Source of the DNA: the human T2T-CHM13v2.0 reference genome, Homo sapiens
DNA length: 64,000 bases
Assembly (NCBI RefSeq): GCF_009914755.1
Contig: NC_060925.1
Direction: 5' to 3' (one strand)
The notes beneath the pieces are model-generated. The model saw nothing but the letters and a program-made list of their open reading frames with translations. It ran no database searches and was not told where the DNA came from. Each line of letters begins with the position of its first letter. The stretch's first letter is position 1. The position numbers and the translations under genes are program-made. Below, piece after piece: positions 52,105-64,000 of this stretch.

Positions 52105-53905
52105 CATTTTACTATGAATAGAAAAATGTAAAGCACTGCTCACTCTCTTTCAAAGAAAATTTAGGGACCCAGCAGCTTACTGCCCATAAAGCTTCCTTGT
52201 ATTACTCATGGATCTTCAGAGAAAAGTGGGTCTCTTTTAAGATAAAAAGGATGTTCCTTCTCATCTGCTACTTTCTGAGGCTTTCTCTCATACACAAGTT
52301 AAAGGTTATCAGTAAAGAAAGACATTCATTAGAAAAGGAGATGGGGAGTAATTAAGCTGGGAAAGGGATTCTGTGTAACCTAATTCTGACATAATAAGTA
52401 ACTCACAAACAAGGGGAGAGCCACATATTAATTTAAAGAGCACTGGCACAGAAAACTCTGGGAAGATTAATGATGACATTGAATCAAAACCTCATTTCAA
52501 CTGAGTGTGCTAAGAGTATAAATAACATCTGAATAACACTACATTTACTAAGTAGTTTCATTTGTTCATGCGTTCATTCATCCTATTCTGTGCTGAGCCT
52601 AAGCTAAGTACTATAACTTCCTGAGGGCAGAGGCTGTGGGTTGGTCTTATTTCCAGCATCTGGTACAGTGACTGCTGCCTAATAGGTCCACAATAAACAC
52701 ATGTTGATTAATTTGAGTGAATACAAAGATGACTGAGAGACAGTCTAAAGCATTTAGACTGTGTAATAGAAGAGAAAGACAAACAGAATCAGAGAATATA
52801 ATGTCCTGAGTACATAACAGAGGGAAACTGTGGAACTCTGCAAAACTGAGAAGGCAACTAAGATAGCATAGAAAGTAGAGGTCAGAATAAACTTCCTGTA
52901 GGAGCTGACACGTGGGCTGAATTTTGAAATACCACTTGGCAATATATATACTCTCACTTGATTATGCTTAGACCTAAATGGAGATTATTACTGTTTTACA
53001 GAGAAAGAAACTAAGTCCCAGGGAGGCTTGCCCAATGTTACACTATGTTCACATTAATTTATTTACTCCTTCTTTATCTGTGAAGAAGTTACAAGATGAG
53101 GGTAGGAACTTTGGCAAGGATTACAAATAACGGAGGAAGCCTTTGTGATATTTTGGAATTAAAGAAGAGATTCTAGTTCTGAGTACACCTTCTTTGATTC
53201 TGGAGAACAAGGAGAAACAAAACCAAGCCCAAAATGAAGAAAGCTTTAAGAGAAAAACACAAAGGCGACTTTAACATTGCATTAGTGTGTTCTTTTGTTT
53301 TTAGATCAGACATTGTTGAGAACTTACTGGAAACACAGAGATGGAACACAATATGTCTCATTTCAAAGAGCCCAATCTCTAGTGAGATAACACAGGCACA
53401 TATCAGCAGAGGAGGAAAAGAAGGGCTGATACCCAAGCCACGAATAGAAAAAAAAATCATTTGCCTGTGTGGAAATTCTCAGTAGCTTGAACATAGTAGG
53501 TCAAGCATGTCAGTAAATGGAAACATGGGAGGAAGGCTGTGGGCTCCATGATGAGAGAAACTATGACAAAACTGATGCTTGTATCACACCCCCACCCAAC
53601 AACTACCACCCTCTACTCCTCTCCTGGTACCTAGCTCAAGACCAGGTACTGGATAGGTTTCTATTAAGCCTTTCTGAATGAACAAACAAATGAATGAATA
53701 ACAAGTAACATGCACTTCCCTCACAAAGAACACTGGCATTTTAAGACCAGCCTTGATGCCTTAAACCAAACAAAGTAGAATGTCAGGCCCTGGGTGAGGT
53801 ACATACACTGTGGAGCTATTTTGAGAAAATATAATCCCTATTCTGTCATTTCATGTAGGGAAACAATAATCTCCCAACCCTGACTGTATTCCCTACCCTA
53901 CCCCT

Positions 53906-53909
<4 letters not shown>

Positions 53910-53961
<52 letters not shown>
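53910..53961. repeat. Perfect (CA)25 microsatellite
   Basis: Read directly from the sequence. Confidence 0.97.
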
Positions 53962-53964
<3 letters not shown>

Positions 53965-56773
53965 GACATGTCAGCTGGTTCTGGGTGCCAAGAATTATGG
54001 ACCATTCTTACTGGATTCCTATACTTTCTATACTAACAGATCTTAGGCAGGTCACTTTTCCTCTTAGAGCCTGTGTCCTCATTTGTAAAACTGTCAGAAT
54101 AAGAGCTGCCTTACCTACCCTGCCAGACTACTGTGGGGCTCACAGGAGATAAGGAGCTTTAAAGTGATATAGAATCTGTCCTCTCCCTATCTCCTCCATA
54201 TCAACAAATGCGACCATCTTTTATATATCCCCAGTGCCTTAGGCACAGAGATTGCTCCTTGAATTTTTGTCAAATGAATGAAAGTAAACATTATTATTCT
54301 AGGCTTTCAGGAGAAAGACAAAAGGAATTCAGCAGCCCAATGTAGGTAATACAAGCATTCCTAAGAAGCACTTCACTGACAAACTAAAGGGAATGGAGCC
54401 CACATATAAAGAGGTGGTTTGGTAATAAATCACACATTTGCATAAGCTGTGAATCATTCTGTATAATTAGAACAAATAGTTTACCTATAAATCAAGGCTC
54501 TGACATCTGTGAAAGTCTGATGTTTATTCCCCTCAAAACACCAAATTATACTGAGAAGATAACAAATGATCTTTCTGTGGGGAGAAAGGTTGAAGAAGGC
54601 GTCTTAAGGGAGAAAGATTGCTAAATCAAATGGTTTAGATGAAAGTAAAAGAGTCTTGAGATGATTCCCAATGACTCATTTTATTGCTTCAGAACTATAT
54701 ACCTGGGCGTGGCAAGGCCCATGGTAGAGTAGCATTTTGTGCCTTAGAATGTAATTTCACAGCAATCCCAGGTTCATATATATCTGAATCATTTCAATTA
54801 TTGGATCAATAGTGGCTTTCCAATGATCTGGCTGTTTACCTGTATGATAACATTCTAAAAATTCCTCACGGGTTTGGCCTTCATTAGTGTTAATTCAGGA
54901 CTTCATCCTTTCCAATCTATGTTCTTGAGAATCATTTTATAGAATTTGGGTTCCCCAAAAATAAGCTACTACCATTCATAGGCAGTACAGAAAACAGAAA
55001 GTGTCTAAAGGAGCATCTTTTTCACAGGAATCAAGATTTGACTGAAACTCACAAGTCAAAGAAGAGAATAGGAATTAAAATCCAACGGATCAAAATGCAG
55101 CCTCATCACTTTTATCTCTTGCCAGGTTTTGTTAACCAGCATAAGAGGGAAAATCGACAGAGGCAATGAATGGGCCTTGCTCTAAAAAGGCCCTTCCATC
55201 TGGTGCAGTGCCGAAACCATCAGCCCTGTAATTAAAATGCAATTGCCATCCCCTGCCACAATCCCAGGATGGCCATTTTATCTGCATGAGATATAGAGGG
55301 GAAATCACAATTTTTTTACACTTTTCTGGCTCCATTGAGTTTATTCTCCTTCTATTAATTAATCTAACTACACTAGGGGCTCCTTCTTACTCTGAAAACC
55401 AGGGTGGCACAAACCACACATGGGATATCTGAAGCAGCATGAATTTTTAAAACTGGGTTCGTATCCTCATTACAGAAAGACTTAATTACTTCTGACTAAA
55501 TCTGTAATTAAAATATATCACTGGAGCAGATTCACCTGCATGTGTAGGTGTTGGCATGCACACCCTTGTGATGGGCAAAGATGAATCATCCAGAGATAGT
55601 GTGCAGAGAAGGAAATTTTACTCAGTGGCAAGATAATTCTAAGAGAAGTTCAAAATTAAAGTCAGAGAAAAAAATCTGATGACATACAGGAGTAATCCCA
55701 TTAAATCTTAAGAAAATTATACCATACCCAATAGCTAATCATGACAAAAAGGGATGTGCTAGGGTGGAAGGAAACTAAGGTAGGAGGTGACAGGGAATTG
55801 GGGTTGAATTGGGAAGGCAGCCAAACGTAAAAGTCAACCATGACTTCTCTACCATGAAGGTGAGTCAAGGTTGTAGTTAGAAAGACAGTGTGAGCCAGTT
55901 AGAAAGTGTGAGTAGTTAGAAAGACAATGTGAGCCAGAAATAGAACTATAAATAGTATGCAATCTTGGGTATCTGCTTTATGTGTTGTTTAGAAAGTGTT
56001 AAGTGGTTAGACATGAAAGATCAAATGAACTATTCCAGCCTGGAGTATTGTAAGAAATAAAAACTACTAAATTGTCAGATAGAAGAGGTTCAATATTTGT
56101 TCTCATACACATAATTTGTCTCTAGCTTGGGTAAGTCCCTTTCTCTTTAGGCCTGTTTCCTCATCTGTAAAATAGGGGCAGTAATTATCTATCTCATGCA
56201 CCAAGACACTATGTGCATCTATACAACTGTGAGGGCACCATCCACGTCAACTATGAGCAATGCAGGACTACTGTGTGATCTATGGCCTGAGAAGGGAAGG
56301 GTCTTTATTGCACTAGAAAAGTCTGTGTAAGTACATTACATTTTTAGTTTGCATGACCTTAAGCCATATACTGTCATTTGTTATGAGTTTCCTTATGATT
56401 AAAATTAAGGTGTTGGACTTCACGATTTCTTAAGGTCTTGTTCAATTCTAATATTTAAAAGTATTACAGTTTATTCACACATTCGACTAAAATTCAAGTA
56501 GGACCTAAGACAAGTGCAGAAAATTAAAAAATAGTTGAAATATGTTCCTTTCCTTTAAGAGTTCCCATTTGGGTGGACTTTATGCTAACTATATAAAGTC
56601 CTTCTAGGTAAGACATTTCATGCTTTTTAACTGTATTTTCTTAGGCCCTGATATGCAAGTGCAATTATCAAATTATAGCATTGTAAAACATTAAGCTAAT
56701 AAGACTAAACAATTGCAAATTTTAAATGACATTTAAAATTAGGCAAAATCTTATCTTTAGACAAATAAAATTG

Positions 56774-56937
56774 CAGTTGATCCTTCAACAACATAGGTAA
56801 CATAGGTTTGAAATGCATGGGTCCACTTATACACAGATTGTTTTCAATCAAATGCAGATGTGGGACTTGAGTATGTAAGGATTTTGGTACACATAAGGTC
56901 CTGAAACCAATCCATGAAATATAGTGAAAAGTAACTG
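56774..56937. mobile_element. MER8/Tigger2-derived MITE
   Basis: CAGTTGATCCTT...gggtccacttatacacagatt...gggacttgagtatg...aaccaatcc...AACTG. Confidence 0.8.
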
Positions 56938-57069
56938 CATTTGGAATGTCTTTGGATTATTTTAATATGAAATACTGAACTGGAATTCAGAACAACCAAC
57001 TCTAGTCCTGGATTAACTGCTAGTCACTTGAGAGCTTAAGTCATTTGGTCTCTCAGAGTATCAGCTCCC

Positions 57070-58095
57070 AGATTTGTATCATAATCCTGAAGGATACAAT
57101 CCCAAATGCCATAATCCTGAATGTTGAAATTCTGAAAGATCAAAGTCCCCCAAAATACAAATCCCTAAATTCTAAAATCCCTAACATCTAAAATCTTGAA
57201 AATCACAATCACAGGATAATTTGCCTCATGTCAGTCCAGCTCTTATGGATTATCCCTATGCAATTGCCCATAATCTATTCCTGTAATACACATTCTCATG
57301 TCAAATTTTCTTTGCCGTTCGTTTAGTTTTCTTCACTATTTTCAAATTTCAGCATTATTTTTTTACAATTCACTATGCTATGTATTTCATCTTCACATCA
57401 TTTCCAATACCGAAGGAATAAATTGTGTGGAGACCTTTAGAGAGTTCTAATTTGTTTTATGCATTTTTTGCAAATTTGACTCCATGAAAGTGCATTATCA
57501 CAATATTGACTTTGTATATAAGCATTGTATGTGTATATAAAAATGTTGAAATTTCCTCAGTAAATGAAGAAATGCCCTTTTTGTACACGTACATTTGTGA
57601 AATATAAAATTTCTCAAGATCTCAGCTCTTTGGATGACTACGTACACAGTGGTGACCCATTGTAGTTTTTGATCTGTCTCATCAAACGACTTAGGTTGTT
57701 TGTCATGGTATTTCAGATGAACACATTATAAAGCTGGGTACACACAATTACCAACCACAGTGATGCATGTTTATACATTTCCCTTTTCACCTATTTCTTT
57801 ATGCATATGATTCATCTGCTCATAACTGTTACAATGATGTGACTGTTGTTAGTATACTTAAGTGTTTATGCTTGCAAAAATACATATGTTATTATTGCCT
57901 ATTTTATTGTTAAGATATCCTATGAAATGTTTTGTCATGTTTTTATGTTTCTCAAATGTCCTTTAAAATGTAGGGAAATATCTTTTAAATTTTTTAAAAT
58001 TATTTTTTCCAGTATTATATTTCAATCTTTTGAGATTTCAACATTTGGGATTATGGTGTTTAGGATTGTATCTTTCAGGATTATGATCAGCTCCT
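57070..58095 (+). mobile_element. Ricksha (MULE/MuDR) DNA transposon, deleted form
   Basis: Terminal inverted repeats of about 65 bp (atcataatcctgaaggatacaatccc... / ...ggattgtatctttcaggattatgat), subterminal aaaatccc repeats, peptide remnant MDYPYAIAHNLFL* at 57245-57286; interrupts a MIR. Confidence 0.85.
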
Positions 58096-58589
58096 TCAGT
58101 CTCCTTCCAATCAAATAAGAGATTGGGCCAACTAAGATTATCTCTGAGCTTAAAGCTTTAGGGATTCATATTTTAGTTAGTGCATTATCAAATTATTTAA
58201 AATAATTGCACTGCAAATACATACACTTTGGTATGTTTTGCATTTTACCAAATACAAGTGGTAGTATACATTTATACCAAAGATGACCAAACTCTTTCTG
58301 ACATCTCATAAGACACCCCTAAGTCCCATAAATAGTTGATGATTCTTGCTAAACCAGATAAAGTTTGTAAAATGAAATTTACAGAAAGTTAAAATTATCA
58401 TTGAACCAGTTCTTTCAAATTCCTTCATAATAATTTTGATTTAAGCTGCTGCTAAGAAGCTGAACTCACTGATTTAAATTTTGCTATGTGTTCTCACCTC
58501 CATTCACTGCTTTCTTACTAAATAAGTATTTTGCATCCATTTTATCTTTTAATTTCATCTTCGGTTAAGCAGATTGGCTGAAGCACAGA

Positions 58590-58815
58590 GTCTATGTAAG
58601 AGAGGAATACGAGACAGGACTGGATATAGAATCCTAACCCTGACACTTCCTAATAGTGTGTCCTCGGGTAAATGATTCAATATCCCCTAGTCTCAGTCTC
58701 TCTACCTGTAAAATTAGAATAATAACAGTCACTCCACAGAATTATTTTAAAAATTAAAAGTTATATACAGAGAATTTCAAGTACAATGTCTAAAATGTAG
58801 TAGGTATTCTAAAAT
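58590..58815 (+). mobile_element. MIR SINE
   Basis: aatcctaaccctgacacttcctaatagtgtgtcctcggg...agtctcagtctctctacctgtaaa. Confidence 0.75.
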
Positions 58816-59212
58816 GTATTTTCTTCTCACTGTACCCCATCTATAACATCATCCACAGATGAAACACTTTTCCAGAAAACAGAATTTATTTAATCAGGAA
58901 ATTTTGTCTTAGATATAATAGTATTAAAACAATATCTATATCAAATGTATACTATAGATTTCTTGAAATAATATGTCAGATTATACTCGCTCCATACATT
59001 CATCAAAAAGACTTAGAAGTTCCAGGCAATGCTACCCTTGTAAAATATTCCTATAAGATATGCACTATTTGAGAGAGAGAATAGGAGAAACTAATTTACT
59101 ATCCGTTTCTCTATATCTTTGACCTCTAAACAATAAGATAGATACCAAAACATAATATACTTAGGTTTTATTAGCTTAACTACTATTAGAAGTGTCATTA
59201 CCAAATAGGTTA

Positions 59213-59697
59213 TGTGTTAGCAGGTGGAACTTGACTCTGGAGGCAGAGCTAGGACACCAGACCAAATTGAGGACTAGCTAAAACAGGGAATGGGTGGAAG
59301 TAGCTTTCCATAAGACATGCCCACCACTATGCCCTGTCAGTTTACCATTGCCATGGCAACACCCAAAAGTTACTACCCCTTCCCATGGCAATAATCTGAC
59401 GACCTGGAAGTTATCACCCTATTTCAATAAATTTCGGCATAATCTGCCCCTTAATTTGCATACAATTGAAGTGGGTATAAATATGACTGCAGACATGCCT
59501 TTGAGCTGCTACTCTAGGCAACTGCTTATGGGGCAGCCTTGCTCTGCAAGGAGCAATACCTCTGCTGCTGCTGTACCTGCGGCTTCAATAAAAGTTGCTG
59601 TCTAACACTACCGGCTCACTCTTAAATTCCTTCCTGGGCAAAACCAAAAACCCTCTTCAGCTAAGCTCCAATGTGGGGGCTTGCCTGCCCTGCCTTA
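59213..59697 (+). mobile_element. ERV1 solo LTR, MER41-family-like
   Basis: gaggactagctaaaacagg, gtcagtttaccattgccatggcaacacc, TATA and AATAAA; 4-bp TSD GTTA at 59209-59212 and 59698-59701. Confidence 0.82.
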
Positions 59698-60099
59698 GTT
59701 AAGATTTTAGCTTTTATAGATGCTCTGTGTAAGAAATGCTCACCTATAAGAAATAATCTAATATCTTTGAAAAATCTCAGCTTAAAGATATCATGAATTT
59801 AACCAAAGCCTCTCTCTACAAGGAATACACATAACAATCTCTCCTAAAATGTAGATCCAGGAAAAACTTTCTAGTCAACAGATTTGCTTCCTTTTATGAA
59901 ACAAAAGCAATAATATAAGTCATTATGTTATTTTTGCTTTGGTATCAAGGAAGCTTAAAGGTATATCTAGTGTTTTATTTAAACACTAGATTTTTGTCCC
60001 CATGAGTACCTTCACAATCTCATTTACACTGCATTCAGAATCTTCCAAAAATTTGTTTTTGTTTTTGTTTTCAGTCTTAACTTCTCAAATATTCAGGAG

Positions 60100-61310
60100 C
60101 CTGCTTCTAGGAAGATGGAGCACATGTATGTTTCCCTAATTCTCTTGCAGGGTAAAACTAAAACTCTTGGACTTTATACACAACAACGAACATAATAAGA
60201 CTCCTAAAGGTGGAGGGAAGCAGCAGACTAACTAGGGACCTTGGGACCCAGAGAATGACATGGTGGTCAGTTCCATGGGTTTTCTTTTTGCCTCAAAGAT
60301 GCAAGAATGGGTACTACAGAAGCCAAAACTCCTGAAATGCCAGTAGGTACAAACAAACAAAAGCCAACAAAAATCTGTTCCCTAGACAAAGGATCAGGAA
60401 AGAGGCAGCCCAACAAGACAAGAAACTCTTAGAAAATAAATTTTCTACTATAGCCAACACCACAGAAAAAAAACTGTGACCCTATTATACTCACAGGAAC
60501 AAAAGCTAGTGAGTTGTCTAGACTTTCACCCTCTCCATACTGTAACAATGTGTCCCAACCCCACCATCAGAGTGGTGTCAGAGATGGCCAAGTAAGAAGC
60601 TGAGACCTTCATTCCTGCTGGGTAGCAATGAGCCTCCACCTACACCACTATGGTGTCAGTAGAGGAAATGTGGGGTACCAGAACTTTTACTCACCTCAGA
60701 AGAAATGAGGATCCCCTCCTTGCTTGTGTAGTGTCAGAATAGTCTTGTGGAAAATCGTAATTTTTACCACAGCCCAGAACCCTGCCCAGCAGTAACAAGG
60801 GACCCCTTCTGTTGCAGCTGTCAAGTGAGGAACTTGTAATTCTACTCCCATCTGCAATAAGGTGGCAACATCCTCTTTCTTTCAGAGTATTTATTGTCTG
60901 CAGAAGTCAATCAAGACATATTATTTAAGTCTGATGTGGAGTCTCATAATCTAATACACAAAATGGTCAAGTTTTACTAGGAAACCACATATACCAAGAA
61001 CTAGGAATATCTTAAATGAAATGAGAAAAATGTAATTAGTAGATACGAACACAGATATGGCAGATATTTAGAATTATCTGGCAACGATTTTAAAGTAGCC
61101 ATCATCAAAATGCTTTATCGAGCAAATATAAACAAGCTTGAAACAAAAAAATAAAGAATCCCCTCAGAAAAATTAAGTCTCAGAAAAGAATATGAAAAGG
61201 GACAGCTCCTGTAGAAAACAGTATTGTGGCTCCTCGAAAAGTTAAAAATAGAAATACCAGATTATCCAGCAATTCCACTTCTCAGTATATACTGAAAATA
61301 ATTCAAAGTT
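60100..61310 (+). mobile_element. Old L1M 5' UTR/ORF1 start joined to an ORF2 3' fragment
   Basis: gcttctaggaagatggag start; ORF1-like gatatggcagatatttagaattatctggcaacgattttaaagtagcc; from ~61200 ORF2-terminal atccagcaattccacttctcagtatatac. Confidence 0.6.
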
Positions 61311-61365
61311 GAGTCCTGAAGAATATGTGTTTTGCTTTGTTTTGTTTAGTTTTTGGATTATTATT

Positions 61366-64000
61366 TTCATTAATTTTATTTTAGATTCAGGGGTACATGT
61401 GCAGGTTTGTTACATGGGTATATTGTGTGATGCTGAGTATTGGGTTTCTAACAATTCTGTCACCCAAGTAGTGAACATAGTACCCAGTAGGTAGTTTTTC
61501 AGCCAATGCCTCACGCCTTTCCTCCCTCCTTCTGGAATCCCCAGTGTTTATTGTTCCCATCTTTGTGTCCATGTGTACCGTATGTTTTACTCCCATTTAT
61601 AAGTGAGAACATATGGTATTTGGTTTTCTGTTCCTGCATTAATTCGCTTAGGATAGTGGCCTCCAGGTGCATCCATGTTGTGGCAAAGAACATTATTTCA
61701 CCCTCTTTATGGCTGTTGTATATGTATCCTATTTTCTTTATCCAATCCACCATTGATAAGCATCTAGGTTGATTCCATGTCATTGCTATGGTGAATAGTG
61801 CTGAGATAATCATGCAAATGCATGTATTTTTTGGTAAAATGATTTATTTTCCTTTGGGTATATACCCAGTAATGAGATTCCTAAGTCGAATGACTGTTCT
61901 CTTTTAAGAAATCTCCAAACTGCTTCCCACAGGGGCTGAACTAATTTACATTCATGCCAACGGTGTATAAGTGTTCCTTTTCTTCACAACCTCACCAACA
62001 TCTGTTATGTTTTGACTTTTTAATAATAGCCATTCTGACTGGTATGAGATGGTACCTCATTGTGGTTTTGATTTGTATCTGTTTGATGATTAGTGAGGTT
62101 GAGCATTTTTTCATGTTTGTTGACTACTTGTATGTCTTCTTCTGAGAAGTGTCTGCTCATGTCCTTTGCCTATTTTTTAATAGAGATGTTTGGTTTTTGC
62201 TTGTTGATTTAAGTTCCTTATAGATTCTGGATACTAGACCTCTGTCAGTTTGCAAATAAAATTTTTCTTATTCTGTAGGTTGTCTGTTTGCTCTCTTGAT
62301 AGTTTATTTTGCTGTGAAGACACTGTTTAGTTTAATTAGGTCCCACTTGTCAATTTTTGTCTTTGTTGCTATTGCTTTTAAGGATTTAGTCATATTCTTT
62401 GCATAGATCAATGTCTAGAAGAGTATTTCCTGGATTTTCTTCTAGTATTTTTATAGTTTTAGGTTTTACACATTAGTCTTTAATCCATTTTTAGTTAATT
62501 TTTGTATGTAGTGAAAGGCAAGGGTCCAATTTCACTCTGCTGTATGTGGTTAGCCAGTTTTCCCAGAAGCACTTGCTGAATAGGGTATCCTTTCCCAGTT
62601 GTTTATTTTTGTAAACTTTGTTGAATATCAGTTGGCTGTATGTGGGCAGGTTTATTTCAGAGGTCTCTATTCAGTTATGTTGATCTGTGTCTACATTTGT
62701 ACCAGTACCATGTCATTTTGTTTACTGCAGCCTTGTAGCATAGTTTGAAGTCAGGTAACATGATGATTCCAGCTTTATTCTTTTTGCTTAGGACTTCCTT
62801 GGCTATTTGGGCTCTTTTAGTTCCATATGAACTTTATGATCATTTTTTCTAATTATGTGAAAAAATGACATTGGTAATTGGATAGAAATAGCATTGAATC
62901 TGTAGATTGCTTTGGGCAGTATGAACATTTTAATGATATTGGTTCTTCCAACCTATGTATGTGGAATGTTTTTCCATTTATTTGTGTCATCTCCGATTTC
63001 TTTCAGCTCTGTTTTCTAGTTCTCATTGTAGAGATATTTCACTTCCTTGGTTATATGTATTAGTGGGTACTTTTGTGTGTAAATTGTAAATGGGATTACA
63101 TTCTCCTTTTTACACATTTTTTTGAGACAGGGTCTCATTCTGTCACCCAGGCTGGAGTGCAGTGGTGTGAACATGGCTAACAGGACCCCGATCTCCTGGA
63201 TGCAAGCCTGCAGAACAACTGGGACCACAGCCACATGTTTCCATTCTTGGCTAATTATTTCAGTGAATTCTTGACTTGGTTCTCAGCTTGAACTTTTTTT
63301 TTTGGTGTATTAAAATGCTAGTGATTTTTCCATGTTGATTTTGTATCCTGAGACTTTGCTGAACTATTTAAAAAAATAGCTCTAGGGATATTTGGCAGAA
63401 TCTTCAGGGTTTTATAGGTATAAAAAAGGTATTGAAGAGTTTGGTATTTATTGTAGTCTTCTCAGTCTGGCCTTGTTTGTACCTGTCCTTTTTGGAAAGA
63501 CTTTCCAGGTATTTGAAATAACTGGAGTGTTGTAATTTAAGCTGTATCTGCATTAGGAGCCACCCCAAGTACATTAGCAAAGAGAGAAAATCTGACTTCC
63601 TCTTTTCCTATGTAGATGCCTTTTATTTCTTCCTCTTACTGGATTGTTCCAGCTAAAACTTCCAGCAGTACGTTGAATAGTAGTGGTGAAAGTGGACATT
63701 ATTGTCTTGTTCCAGTTCTTAGGAGAAATGTTTCCAGTTTTTGCCCATTCACTATGATATTGGCTGTAGGTTTATCATAGATGGCTTTTATTATTTTGAG
63801 GTATGTTCCTTTGATGCCTAGTTTGTTGAGGGTATTTAACATGCAAGCATGTTGGATGTTATCGCATGCTTTTCCTGCATCTATTGAGATAATCTTATGG
63901 GTTTTGTTTTTAATTCTGTTTATATAATGTATTACATTTATTGATTTGCATATGTTGAACCATCCTTGAATTCCAGGAATAAAGCCCACTTCATCAGGGT
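61366..64000 (-). mobile_element. L1PA15/16-type LINE, 3' UTR and ORF2; continues beyond window end
   Basis: 3' end ttttagattcaggggtacatgtgcaggtttgttacatggg; RT peptide [19 protein letters not shown]...GTRQ at 63699-63989. Confidence 0.92.
63117..63260 (-). mobile_element. Degenerate Alu monomer / AluJ fragment inside L1
   Basis: tttgagacagggtctcattctgtcacccaggctggagtgcagtgg...ggctaatt. Confidence 0.75.

Overview
This is primate (catarrhine, probably human or great ape) non-coding DNA: AT-rich, CpG-depleted and dominated by interspersed repeats. I find no protein-coding exon, RNA gene or CRISPR array that I can support. The ORFs in the track are either transposon fossils (HERVL gag/integrase, L1 ORF1/ORF2, Alu) or chance ORFs. 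Main elements: five Alus plus an Alu fragment; four large minus-strand L1s; a deleted HERVL provirus (MLT2A 5' LTR, tRNA-Leu PBS, gag joined to the RNase H end/integrase N-terminus, no 3' LTR); solo LTRs (LTR12, MER39-like, MER21, MER41-like, several MaLR, MLT2), many with readable target-site duplications (TSDs); DNA transposon fossils (MER5A, Zaphod-like hAT, MER8, Ricksha MULE); many MIR/L2 fragments; and microsatellites. The most interesting unexplained structure is a series of locally templated copy and fold-back scars. These include an 87-bp duplication joined by three interlocking hairpins, a 100-bp copy of a neighbouring MIR pasted into a younger L1, a ~115-nt fold-back hairpin inside a MIR downstream of an LTR12 promoter, and a foreign L1 5' fragment captured in another L1's ORF2. 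They read as fossil DNA-repair or template-switch events; I cannot support a new gene system here. Repeat subfamily names come from recall of consensus sequences and need RepeatMasker/Dfam confirmation.
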